Shown in pieces: positions 27,020-35,171 of a stretch of DNA of 64,000 bases. Where the stretch lies: positions 4,706 through 68,705 of IMG/VR virus record IMGVR_UViG_3300027819_000011, one strand, 5' to 3'. Below the pieces are notes generated by a model. It worked only from the letters and a program-made list of their open reading frames with translations. It had not been told where the DNA came from and did not search any database. Source of the DNA: a virus. Taxonomy: Duplodnaviria; Caudoviricetes. Numbering within the stretch: the stretch's first letter is position 1; every line of letters starts with the position of its first letter. Made by a program: the position numbers and the translations under genes.

Positions 27020-27112
27020 GGTTTCACCTTCTATTTTTCTTCCGGCTGGCCTTAGAAATCTTGCTTCTCGCCCTGTTTTTCCTCTTTATCTTTGCGCTTT
27101 CTTTTAAATCTT

Positions 27113-27361
27113 TCATTCTCCCTCCCCAAAAAGATCGCCGCCCTTACGGTCATTATTGCCTGTCTCCTGATCAATCTTTGTTCGGGCTAATTTTACGGCG
27201 GCCAAGAAAGGACTTTTAAATTTATCGCTACTGACGAGCAGCGCATTGAGATTTACCCATCTTGCCGCATGGTAGCCAAACATCCAGAATTTATACCCGC
27301 TCAACGCCTCCCATGCCTTGCTTTCCGCTATCCCCATTTCGTGTATGATCTTGTCTTTCAC
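27113..27361 (-). CDS. Conserved hypothetical phage protein
   Basis: 'AESKAWEALSGYKFWMFGYHAARWVNLN' recurrent motif. Confidence 0.7.
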   Translation of the reverse strand: MKDKIIHEMGIAESKAWEALSGYKFWMFGYHAARWVNLNALLVSSDKFKSPFLAAVKLARTKIDQETGNNDRKGGDLFGEGE

Positions 27362-27560
27362 CGCTCCTCCCCGAAAAGCTCTGGCTGCCGCTCGGCCTCA
27401 GCCTTCTTCTTTGCCGCCTTCTCCTGCTTCTTACTCAGGCCGGTTACATGCGGTTCAAGGCAGGTTCCTATTCGGCGGTCGTTGACTTGGTTGTAATTTT
27501 ACCGCAATGGTCGCACCATTTTGTCACGGATACGGTGTTTCTTTGGTAGTGTTGGGCCAT
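27358..27560 (-). pseudogene. Frameshifted small Zn-ribbon gene
   Basis: MAQHYQRNTVSVTKWCDHCGKIT continues in the -1 frame as QVNDRRIGTCLEPH...ELFGEER*; break near 27490-27495. Confidence 0.5.
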
Positions 27561-27575
27561 GCCTTGAGCCTTCCT

Positions 27576-28292
27576 TTACCCGATGATGGTCGCGTCCGGC
27601 AATGCGTTTGCCAAAAACTCCTTGATAGACAAGATCGCCTCAATCTGCCACTGCTTGCCGTCTGCCTCGAATAGAGCGCACACCGGCGCCTGGTCCTTCG
27701 TGCGCTTAATCCTGAAGACGAATGAGCTTGCAGGCTGCGCGATCTCCCGGAAGGTACGGAAGGGGCGGAGCGTTACAGGGTTCGGAAGCGCGACCTGTGC
27801 GACCATGGAAATCCCCTGCCTTGCGGTGACTTCCTGCGTGACGCCATCATCCTTAGTGATTACGCTCGTTTCATCCTTCAGGTTCCCGACGATCTTAAGG
27901 AGTTGCGCCGTGGCCTCGTCCTGCACGAACATGGCCTGCAACGCGATGATGAAATTTTCCACATCATAGTATTGCCCGAAAGAGAAAACGGGCTGCGTAT
28001 GACGGGCGTGAAGATACTCGCTGCGCTCCATGAAACCGGACACATTGAGCGGGGAAATCAAGGAAACCGTGTCATGCCCCTCGATGTAAATCATGCCGTG
28101 AAAGACCGCGCCGGAGAAGTCTTTCTTCGCGTTCAGGTAATCAACGAGCCCGGTGAGCGTGTTTATTGTCAGGGCTTTAGGGATAGGCGCGTGTACAGGG
28201 CAGAGCCCCTTGTCGAAGTAAGGACGACCGTCCACATCGAAACGCTCCGCTTTTCTCATGCCAACAATATACTCAAGTGCTTTCTGGATCAT
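27576..28292 (-). CDS. Conserved phage protein (DDG...PFRTF family)
   Basis: 'TLTGLVDYL', 'FIIALQAMF', 'DDGVTQ', 'LRPFRTFREIAQPASSFVFR', 'ALFEADG..W'. Confidence 0.8.
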   Translation of the reverse strand: MIQKALEYIVGMRKAERFDVDGRPYFDKGLCPVHAPIPKALTINTLTGLVDYLNAKKDFSGAVFHGMIYIEGHDTVSLISPLNVSGFMERSEYLHARHTQPVFSFGQYYDVENFIIALQAMFVQDEATAQLLKIVGNLKDETSVITKDDGVTQEVTARQGISMVAQVALPNPVTLRPFRTFREIAQPASSFVFRIKRTKDQAPVCALFEADGKQWQIEAILSIKEFLANALPDATIIG

Positions 28293-28295
28293 GGC

Positions 28296-28667
28296 TTACT
28301 CCTTCCCGGCGAGCTTATAAACCTTGTCGCCGTCATGCTGTTGAGGTTTAGGTTCCGCAAAAAGGTCTTGTTGCCGCGATACCGCTTCTGTCGCATGTCC
28401 TCTGCCGGTCCGGTCCCGTCCCATAAAGAGATTCCCGGCGAAGGGTTTAACGGGCGACAGCCCGGAAATGACGCTCACGGTGTACTTTCCAACATTCCGG
28501 TCATCGTCAGGCTGAAGTGACAGCTTGAGTGTGACCGTCCGCACCTTTTTGGCGTCCGTGTTTGGGTCTTGAATATTGTCCAAGACCTCCTGAAGGGCAA
28601 GATCAAAACGCTCAATCGCTGCCCCCTCCTTGAGATTCGCAATGCTGATTCTTTCTTCGTTTTCCAT
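28296..28667 (-). CDS. Conserved partner of the above (often annotated 'replication terminator protein')
   Basis: 'GAAIERFDLALQEVLDNIQDPNTDAKKVRTVTLKL' motif. Confidence 0.75.
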   Translation of the reverse strand: MENEERISIANLKEGAAIERFDLALQEVLDNIQDPNTDAKKVRTVTLKLSLQPDDDRNVGKYTVSVISGLSPVKPFAGNLFMGRDRTGRGHATEAVSRQQDLFAEPKPQQHDGDKVYKLAGKE

Positions 28668-28680
28668 AATTCCTCCCTCG

Positions 28681-29598
28681 TTATTTATTTAGGCTGTCTA
28701 TGTGCATGATCTTTCGTTGCCAATACTTCCCGGCGGCCACGGAAAAAGCCTTCTTCTCAACCCATTTGCCCGTGATGAACCAGTCTCCCACTAAGACCTT
28801 ATCTTTCTCTGAAAGCTTATCTTTCAAGGTGCGGTCAAGGGCTTCGTAGTCCTTCGCATATGGCTTTAGCCGTTCATACTCCGCGAGTAGAGAGGCAAGC
28901 TCCTCATCATCCAATACCGTGGCTTCCTTCCCTACGTGAAGAACGGGGCATATATGGACATAGCCGCACTTGTCGCACATATCAGCCTCGTATTCAGGAG
29001 GCTCCGGGAGCGTCTTTTCCGCCACATGCTTATTGATTGCTTCGGCCCGCTTTAAAAGTGTCTCTCCGAGCGTGTAGTCAAGATTCATCCATATTTCCTT
29101 GTACTGCCCGTTGCTCTTGTTCTTAAACAGAAACACGCCCCGCTCCTTGTTGTCCATGAGAAGGTAAAGGGTAAGCTGCGCCGGGTACTTGCGAAGGTAA
29201 AGATATTTCCCTTTCGTCAGGTCTTCTATGGCGTTGATCTTGTCAAACATATACGGGGAGCAAGATTTGACTTCGGCAGGAGGGGCCTCGCCGTCAAGCA
29301 GAATCTTGCAGTCAACCGAGCCCGTAATCTGGTATTCCGGCCATGAGAAAGGCCGCTGCTGCTCAATGATTGTAAAGCCTGCCTCTCGAAGCTCCTGCAT
29401 TGCCAAGTCTTCAACGGCATTGCCCATCCCAAAAATTAATTGTACCCGCGCATCGTGAAGGGTGCGTTCTTGCCACCGGGTTCGTTGGTATACATGATAC
29501 AAAAGGCATGGATGACCGAGCTCGCTTGCCCTATTGGAATTCACGGGATACTGTTTTATTTTGGCCTCTTGTGCGGCCATTATCTTTTCGATTATCAT
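28681..29598 (-). CDS. Cas4-like / PD-(D/E)XK recombination exonuclease
   Basis: 'RASELGHPC', 'GNAVE', 'ITGSVD', 'EVKS', 'QLTLYL', C-terminal 'CDKCGYVHIC' Fe-S ligands. Confidence 0.85.
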   Translation of the reverse strand: MIIEKIMAAQEAKIKQYPVNSNRASELGHPCLLYHVYQRTRWQERTLHDARVQLIFGMGNAVEDLAMQELREAGFTIIEQQRPFSWPEYQITGSVDCKILLDGEAPPAEVKSCSPYMFDKINAIEDLTKGKYLYLRKYPAQLTLYLLMDNKERGVFLFKNKSNGQYKEIWMNLDYTLGETLLKRAEAINKHVAEKTLPEPPEYEADMCDKCGYVHICPVLHVGKEATVLDDEELASLLAEYERLKPYAKDYEALDRTLKDKLSEKDKVLVGDWFITGKWVEKKAFSVAAGKYWQRKIMHIDSLNK

Positions 29599-30485
29599 CC
29601 TTCGGCCCCTGGTTCACGCTCCCCCGGTTCCGGCACGCAGTGGACAAGGGTTTTAAGGTCAAGACCATACTTGCTTTCCTCGTAGGTGATGGTCGCCATA
29701 ACGCCGGCCTCCATCGCTTCCTTTGCCAGCTTCGCCAGCGATTCGGAAAACGTCTTGTATTCCTTCTTGTCGGCGGTAATAACGGTAAAGAGCGGACTTT
29801 TCATCAAGGTGCCGTCCTTTTTCTTCGTCGTCTGCCGGACATCTGCAACGGTACAGGTTACGCTTTGAGCGCCTTCTGTTTTTATGTCGTCTTTCTTCTT
29901 GCCCTTGTCTTTGTAGTCTACCTTTGTAACCTGTTCTTGGCTGATGTCAGCAAACTCTTTCAAATCAGCCCACGTCAAGCTACGAATGCCCAGGAGCCGC
30001 GTTATGCCATTGCCTATGCAGTTGGTATAGGCTGCCTTCTTAACGTCGCCCTTGTCGATCTCAGAGGGAGGTAGTTCCTTTTTCTTCCCTTTACCGTTCT
30101 CGTCTTTTTCTGAGTAATCGTACCGCTTGAAAAAAGGGTCTTTGCTTGAGCGGGTACCGATAACGGTTATCGAGGCTCCGGCAAGGGAAAACTCTCCCTG
30201 GTAGGTATATTGAAAATGGCCGCCTTCTAAAACATCCATGACCGGCTCCCCAACACGCCATGATACGCCGAAGATACGGCCTACCTTTTCCGATCCACTG
30301 ACCTGAAGGTAAGGATTGCCGTTCTGGTCCGCCCAATCGCGGGCGTTCGTGGCCTTCAATGCCACCTTCTTGATCTTCACAACGGCATCCATTCGCCGCT
30401 CTGCCTGCTCAGCAATGGCAATCAGCGTTTCACTTGCCAATGCAGGCACCATTGTCTCTTGTTCTACTTTTTCGTTTTCATTCAT
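29595..30485 (-). CDS. Putative single-strand annealing recombinase
   Basis: Paired with the exonuclease; 'NPYLQVSGSEKV', 'GTRSSKDPFF', 'DVKKAAYTNC', OB-like C-terminus. Confidence 0.6.
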   Translation of the reverse strand: MNENEKVEQETMVPALASETLIAIAEQAERRMDAVVKIKKVALKATNARDWADQNGNPYLQVSGSEKVGRIFGVSWRVGEPVMDVLEGGHFQYTYQGEFSLAGASITVIGTRSSKDPFFKRYDYSEKDENGKGKKKELPPSEIDKGDVKKAAYTNCIGNGITRLLGIRSLTWADLKEFADISQEQVTKVDYKDKGKKKDDIKTEGAQSVTCTVADVRQTTKKKDGTLMKSPLFTVITADKKEYKTFSESLAKLAKEAMEAGVMATITYEESKYGLDLKTLVHCVPEPGEREPGAEG

Positions 30486-30872
30486 CCTTCTTCTCCCCCT
30501 TCCGCTTCCGAATCTTAACTAAATGATACTCTGGCAAGTACCGCTCAACCAACCATTCAATGATTGCCTTTTTCATCGCTTTCCCCTTTCCCCTTAATTT
30601 TTTCCATCGGCCTCTTGCTGCCGCAGTCACACTCGCACTTATGGGCATACAGGGCTCCGCAGTTTGGGCAACGGTAGTTTAGGCCCTTGTGTAGTTTCAT
30701 CATAGCATCCCCAGTGCTTCTTCGGCCTGCTCAAATAAAGCAGCCTCACTATCATTATGGATACGATTTGCCTTCTGGTATGTCCTCAGTGCTTCGATGA
30801 TGTAAGGAATGGCTGTATCGTTTATTTCTTGCGTGCCTACGCAATCCCCAACTTCATTGTAATTAGTGATTA

Positions 30873-31082
30873 TCATTCTCTCACCCCCTCTAAATACTCA
30901 TCCACCTCTTTCCGCTTCCATGCCATTTCAGGACGGCGGCGGTCAACCTGGTGGATATGATCTCCCGCTATCCCTTGCGCTATTATTCGTCCATCCGGCA
31001 TCCTGTAAAGCGGCCTGTGGCAAATATAGCAGGCGGTTTGTTCGGGTTGTTCCTCGCTCATGTATGACGGCTGGTTAGGCAT
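30873..31082 (-). CDS. Hypothetical protein
   Basis: 69 aa with a CxxC motif. Confidence 0.45.
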   Translation of the reverse strand: MPNQPSYMSEEQPEQTACYICHRPLYRMPDGRIIAQGIAGDHIHQVDRRRPEMAWKRKEVDEYLEGVRE

Positions 31083-31302
31083 GGCTATTCCTTTCCTCTC
31101 TCTTTAAAAAAGTTGCCGGGATGCGGATTATCTATATTCTCGGCTATGCACGATAGAGATTGCCGGAGGAAATCACTTCCACAGCTATGGCATTGCATTT
31201 CTCCGTCATCACCATATATATTTCCAGGACCATCCAATTCACATCCGTGGTCAAGCCATAACTGCTGCCGTAATCGCCTTTCTGTGTCTGTCATACATCC
31301 TC

Positions 31303-31617
31303 CTATTTCTTCATCCCGTCCAGGAAGGCGGCGAGGGCGTTGAGATCGTCTGGTAGTACATGAGTGCACCCACATCGACCATCTGTTCTCTCAATATCTT
31401 TTGCGGCTACGGCGTTGGACAGTAGGTTCCCTATCGCCGCCTTCATGGCAAGGTTCTCTTTCCGCAAGTTGTCTATCTCCGCCAGTCGCTTCGTATTCAA
31501 CTCCGCCAGCTTCATGTCATAATTCTTGGCGTAGTCAGCCTTCATCGGGCAGTACTCGCACTCGGCTTGCAGGCTGGCAATTTTCTTTTCTAAGTTGTCT
31601 ATGGTCTCGTGGCTCAT
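31303..31617 (-). CDS. Coiled-coil hypothetical protein
   Basis: 104 aa; 4-nt overlap with the upstream ORF. Confidence 0.55.
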   Translation of the reverse strand: MSHETIDNLEKKIASLQAECEYCPMKADYAKNYDMKLAELNTKRLAEIDNLRKENLAMKAAIGNLLSNAVAAKDIERTDGRCGCTHVLPDDLNALAAFLDGMKK

Positions 31618-31823
31618 GGCGTTACCTTTCCCGAAATCTCATCTATGGCGTCCTGCAACACTTGCCGTGCTGTCGGAATGTCCAGAATCACAATCCATGC
31701 GCTTTCTCCCCACTCCCAATGATAGCGGGACATGCCGCAGAGATCGCAAACCTCAATTTGCCCGCCATCCGGCCAGTCTTCAAAATGACTTTTCCCGTGT
31801 AGGCAGTTGCGTTCTGGCATCAT
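31614..31823 (-). CDS. Small Cys/His protein
   Basis: 'NCLHG...VCDLCG'; GGAGGG RBS. Confidence 0.5.
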   Translation of the reverse strand: MMPERNCLHGKSHFEDWPDGGQIEVCDLCGMSRYHWEWGESAWIVILDIPTARQVLQDAIDEISGKVTP

Positions 31824-32161
31824 TTCCCCTCCCTCTCCCTGAAGAAGCTCAGGGCGGCGTCTCGTAATTTGCCGGTGGTGTCGGTGATGGGAACATAAAT
31901 ATCTTTGAATTTTATTTTCGGCTTGTAATGGCTAAACAAATAAGTCAGGAATTCCCAATAATCAGGACGTTTCCACATCTCCCGCAGCAACAGGACTATG
32001 CCATCGGGGGCGGTGAAATTAGGATTGTCGTTAATTATTGTCTTTCCTTCGGCATATTCCACGTCTTGCTTCTGCCACGGTATCTTCAAGTACCCCGCCA
32101 ACTCTTCGTTCGGGTCCATCATCTCCCCCATGAGCAGATAAAAGTTACAAACTGCTGCCAC
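31820..32161 (-). CDS. Hypothetical protein
   Basis: Co-oriented ORF; the true start is probably MDPNE. Confidence 0.5.
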   Translation of the reverse strand: MAAVCNFYLLMGEMMDPNEELAGYLKIPWQKQDVEYAEGKTIINDNPNFTAPDGIVLLLREMWKRPDYWEFLTYLFSHYKPKIKFKDIYVPITDTTGKLRDAALSFFREREGK

Positions 32162-32294
32162 CGCGTAGGCTTTACAAGCACCGGCTTCCGCTTCTTGCCA
32201 TTCTTTCCTACTGGCATCCAGAACGCCACCTTAGACCACGAACCGCCAAACAATCCGCTATCCCATCTTTCCAGTGTCACTAAGTAGTTTGCCA

Positions 32295-32519
32295 TTATAA
32301 CCCCCTCTTGTAATCCCTCTTCGCGTCCCGGTACTGTTGACGAAGGCCGATGTTCTTGATGATCCCACGGTTGACTTTTACCGCCTTAAATTCTTTCGTC
32401 TTCTCGTCAAAACGCTTAAACACTTTTTCAACCGTCTCGCTTACATACCGCCGCTTCTGCTGCAACGATTGCTCCCCGTAAACTTCCCGCCTGATTCGCT
32501 TTGCTACTGTGCCGCGCAT
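32295..32519 (-). CDS. Basic hypothetical protein
   Basis: 'MRGTVAKRIRREVYG' basic protein with AAGGAG RBS. Confidence 0.6.
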   Translation of the reverse strand: MRGTVAKRIRREVYGEQSLQQKRRYVSETVEKVFKRFDEKTKEFKAVKVNRGIIKNIGLRQQYRDAKRDYKRGL

Positions 32520-32914
32520 GGGGGCTCCTTGCTTGCTTCAGGCAACGGATAAATCTGCACAGACGGGGCTCCGTACCCATAAGAAACTGTAACCTTGCCA
32601 TCGTAAAAACTCATGCTTGTTTTCCAGGGAGCATTGTGCAGGGATATACCCGCTTCTTCCATTGCTTCGCCGAGAAGCCTGTCGGGGCCGTAGTCAACGC
32701 TAAGCCAGGGAGTTCCGTTTTCTTTCAGCTTTTTGCTAAGCGCGGCCTTAAAAACTTCTTGTTGCTCGCTTGCTACCGGCTTCACAAGTAACATTCCCAA
32801 CATCATTCCAATGCCACCTGCGGGAGAATCGTCGCCATTGTCCATCTTGGGCCGAGCTACTTTATCAGCCCACCAATTAACCGCCGCTTGAATCTGTCCA
32901 TCCGTTAGTTCCAT
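32504..32914 (-). CDS. Conserved hypothetical phage protein
   Basis: 'AAVNWWAD...LSVDYGPDRLLGEA...PWKTSM' recurrent motif. Confidence 0.75.
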   Translation of the reverse strand: MELTDGQIQAAVNWWADKVARPKMDNGDDSPAGGIGMMLGMLLVKPVASEQQEVFKAALSKKLKENGTPWLSVDYGPDRLLGEAMEEAGISLHNAPWKTSMSFYDGKVTVSYGYGAPSVQIYPLPEASKEPPCAAQ

Positions 32915-33057
32915 ACTTCCCTCCCATCATTTTAAAAGCCGCCCACCGCCAGGTCGCTCATGTCCATCCTGTATTACTCCTGCACACCGCGAGCATATAC
33001 AGCATATTCATGCCCTCGCTGAGCAAGCGGCTGATTGTTAGGCCAGGCATTGGTATG

Positions 33058-33122
33058 CAACAGGGCAGGGAATCGAACCCTACGAATCCGGTAGCCTTCC
33101 GGCCATCCAATTTCTCCCTGTC
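33058..33122 (-). tRNA. Atypical tRNA-like element lacking a normal D-arm
   Basis: Acceptor GACAGGG/CCCTGTT, T-arm TAGGG-TTCGATT-CCCTG, 4-bp CCGG/CCGG arm with non-canonical loop AAGGCTA; 65 nt. Confidence 0.35.
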
Positions 33123-33165
33123 AGGCTACCACGCCACTGGCCTATCTTAAGTCAAAGATCATAAG

Positions 33166-33250
33166 CGGAGAGTGAGGGATTTGAACCCCCGGACCTTTCG
33201 GCCCACGGTTTTCAGGACCGTTGGCATAAGCCATGCTCGCCCAACTCTCC
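33166..33250 (-). tRNA. tRNA-Ser(UGA)
   Basis: GGAGAGT/ACTCTCC acceptor, G73, D-arm GGCG/TGCC, anticodon arm ACGGT-CCTGAAA-ACCGT (C at position 33), long variable arm GGGCC-GAAA-GGTCC, T-arm GGGGG-TTCAAAT-CCCTC; CCA not encoded. Confidence 0.9.
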
Positions 33251-33257
33251 AATAAAG

Positions 33258-33336
33258 GGGAGAATGCCGGGCTCGAACCGGCATTTCAGTCTATGTTGCG
33301 GTGCACCCTGCGTGGTTCCATTCCACTAATTCTCCC
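33258..33336 (-). tRNA. tRNA-like element with intact acceptor, D and T arms but an aberrant anticodon arm
   Basis: (G)GGAGAAT/ATTCTCC(C) with a possible G-1:C73 pair, D-arm GTGG-AATGGAA-CCAC, T-arm GCCGG-TTCGAGC-CCGGC; the anticodon region does not form a 5-bp/7-nt arm. Confidence 0.5.
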
Positions 33337-33578
33337 GTACCGCTTGCCCAACACTCCAACCTACGCATAGGATGAAGTGGCTTACCTGCCTATTCCAGCC
33401 GTGCTCACTCCAGCTAAGTGGGTGGCAGACCTGATATGCGGCAGGTGCTGCTTGAGGCACCAGAAACACCCGCAGAAGATCGTGCGGCTCGACCGGGAAG
33501 GCTCCGCCCTCCTGCGGGGTTCTGGCTTAATTTCAATGTGTGTGTTTTCAAAGGCACGATCCTTTCAAGTTGGATGTC

Positions 33579-33606
33579 ATTATACACGAATTTAAAACTG
33601 TGTCAA
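33579..33606 (-). promoter_or_regulatory. Consensus sigma70 promoter for the tRNA cluster and middle genes
   Basis: TTGACA-16 bp-TATAAT on the minus strand. Confidence 0.8.
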
Positions 33607-33622
33607 GCCTAAAATGAAAAAT

Positions 33623-34450
33623 TTATCTCGCTAATAAGTGCCATGCGTCTAAATATTGGTAATATTTAGATTTACTATGACGAATAAAATTTCTATGAGC
33701 TCTCCACGAATGCTCGCTTTTTTCTGGAATATATAGATGCCGGCTTTTAGGAAAAATATTTCGAGGAATAATAAATATTTTATTTATAGGAACTGCGTGA
33801 CAGATAATAAAATCAACATTATCTTGAGATGCCCGCAATGTAAAATGGTATAATGGCGTTATCTGCTTCGGCGATGTTATTGCGGCTATATGGGCAGACT
33901 TGGCTTCTACTTGGTAGTCATTAATAATCAAATCAATATTCCACGTAGGCGATAATTTTACTTCGTAATTAAGCGAAACACATTTATTAAATATTAACTC
34001 CTCTGTCAACGCCCCTTTGTAAAGACGGGAGCCTTTGGAATAAGTTTTAACCTTATATCTCGGATCATATTTAAGTATTCTTCTTCTTTCTTTTGCCTCC
34101 GTGCGGATAACAGTTTTTATTCTGAAATCATTAGAATAGTCATGGCCATATATCAACTTAAATATTTGTCGGATACGCTCCCTCGAAAGCCCATGCTTAT
34201 TTCCTATTTCTTGTAATGTAACGGCAATGTTTTGCCGGAGTTTTTCCATATCGGCAAGAAAGAGTTCGCCATATTTAGACGCCCAATCAGTACGGCGAGG
34301 CAGATTAAAAATTTTGGGGTATTCATGAAGCTGGCCGGCCAAATAGACTTGATGGTAGCATTTCCCCCCGAGCCGCCTTTGTAAGCATTTTATCGGTTCA
34401 TTTTTGCATCTTATACATAGGGTGGTAGTGGAGTTTTTTTCTGTTGGCAT
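33623..34450 (-). CDS. HTH plus PD-(D/E)XK endonuclease, putative free-standing homing endonuclease
   Basis: Sigma-region-4-like HTH 'TLQEIGNKHGLSRERIRQI'; C-terminal 'EELIF...WNIDLIIND...EAKSA...DFIICH'; likely start ATG 34450 with AAGGAG RBS; visibly AT-richer than its flanks. Confidence 0.7.
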   Translation of the reverse strand: MPTEKNSTTTLCIRCKNEPIKCLQRRLGGKCYHQVYLAGQLHEYPKIFNLPRRTDWASKYGELFLADMEKLRQNIAVTLQEIGNKHGLSRERIRQIFKLIYGHDYSNDFRIKTVIRTEAKERRRILKYDPRYKVKTYSKGSRLYKGALTEELIFNKCVSLNYEVKLSPTWNIDLIINDYQVEAKSAHIAAITSPKQITPLYHFTLRASQDNVDFIICHAVPINKIFIIPRNIFPKSRHLYIPEKSEHSWRAHRNFIRHSKSKYYQYLDAWHLLAR

Positions 34451-34555
34451 GATACGCTCCTTCACAGCGTTATTTTTCATCAGGCTGGCCCAGGGGTGAA
34501 GGCCCTGAGCCACTTGCCGAGGCCGGACCTGATGAAGATCAATCAAAGCAGCCTA

Positions 34556-34584
34556 CTTATACTCTCAGTTAAAAAGGATTGCAA
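34556..34584 (-). promoter_or_regulatory. Sigma70-like promoter for the endonuclease gene
   Basis: TTGCAA-17 bp-TATAAG on the minus strand. Confidence 0.55.
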
Positions 34585-34718
34585 GAATTATTTTTAGGCA
34601 GGCAGAGCCTTGTTAAACTACCTAAGTAACCGGTCTCGTTTTATTCTAAGTTCGGTTATTTCCCGCTCTAATTTCCACTTCCTTTCAAGAAGGGCGAGCA
34701 TTTCTTTGAGTGTTTCAC

Positions 34719-34982
34719 TCATATCGTCTCTACCGTCCTTCCTTCATCGTTCATTAGGTAAATGGGAGTTGAGGCAATTATCTCTGTAGCCTCAGTCATA
34801 TTTTTTGTGAAGAACGACAACCCTATCCACGTCCCAGCAGCGGCATCGCCGGGGGGAGCGTACTTCAATACGCTTGACGACATCGCCATTTTGTCTAAAT
34901 CTTCCTTTATCTCTCGATATTCAACATGGTCTACTTCGCCGAATATCACCCATGAAGCGTTACTCTTAAATTTAATTATCAT
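34719..34982 (-). CDS. Conserved hypothetical protein
   Basis: Ends 'IYLMNDEGRTVETI', a recurrent motif; first gene after the 35028-35055 promoter. Confidence 0.7.
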   Translation of the reverse strand: MIIKFKSNASWVIFGEVDHVEYREIKEDLDKMAMSSSVLKYAPPGDAAAGTWIGLSFFTKNMTEATEIIASTPIYLMNDEGRTVETI

Positions 34983-35027
34983 CTTTCTACCTACCTTTCT
35001 TTTTGGCTATCTGCCTGCCTGAAATCC

Positions 35028-35055
35028 ATTATACCGAAAAATAGGGTAATGTCAA
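35028..35055 (-). promoter_or_regulatory. Consensus sigma70 promoter
   Basis: TTGACA-16 bp-TATAAT on the minus strand. Confidence 0.8.
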
Positions 35056-35059
35056 TAGG

Positions 35060-35105
35060 AAAAGGGACGCACCGATCCGGGGAGAAAAGAAGGCCGGCAC
35101 GCCCC
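35060..35105 (-). terminator. Probable terminator at the end of the lysis block
   Basis: Minus strand GGGGCGTGCCG...CGGTGCGTCCC followed by TTTT (11 bp, three G-U pairs, large loop). Confidence 0.5.
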
Positions 35106-35171
35106 CGGGGGTTATCATGCTCGCCGGTTATGGACTATGTAGAGGCATGTTTTGCATAGCCCAGGGGTTAC

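Noticed and set aside
28681-29598. CRISPR-Cas system suggested by the Cas4-like gene
   Set aside because: No repeat-spacer array or other cas genes; the gene is paired with a recombinase, as is usual for phage exonucleases.
32940-33057. tRNA-associated HDV-like (theta) ribozyme in the 3' trailer
   Set aside because: Some stems are present (ATGCC/GGCAT) but I could not assemble the nested double pseudoknot or the J4/2 catalytic C; needs an RNArobo/Infernal search.
34476-34536. Hammerhead ribozyme (CTGATGA on both strands)
   Set aside because: No stem II followed by GAAA on either strand; the two CTGATGA copies are simply the arms of an inverted repeat.
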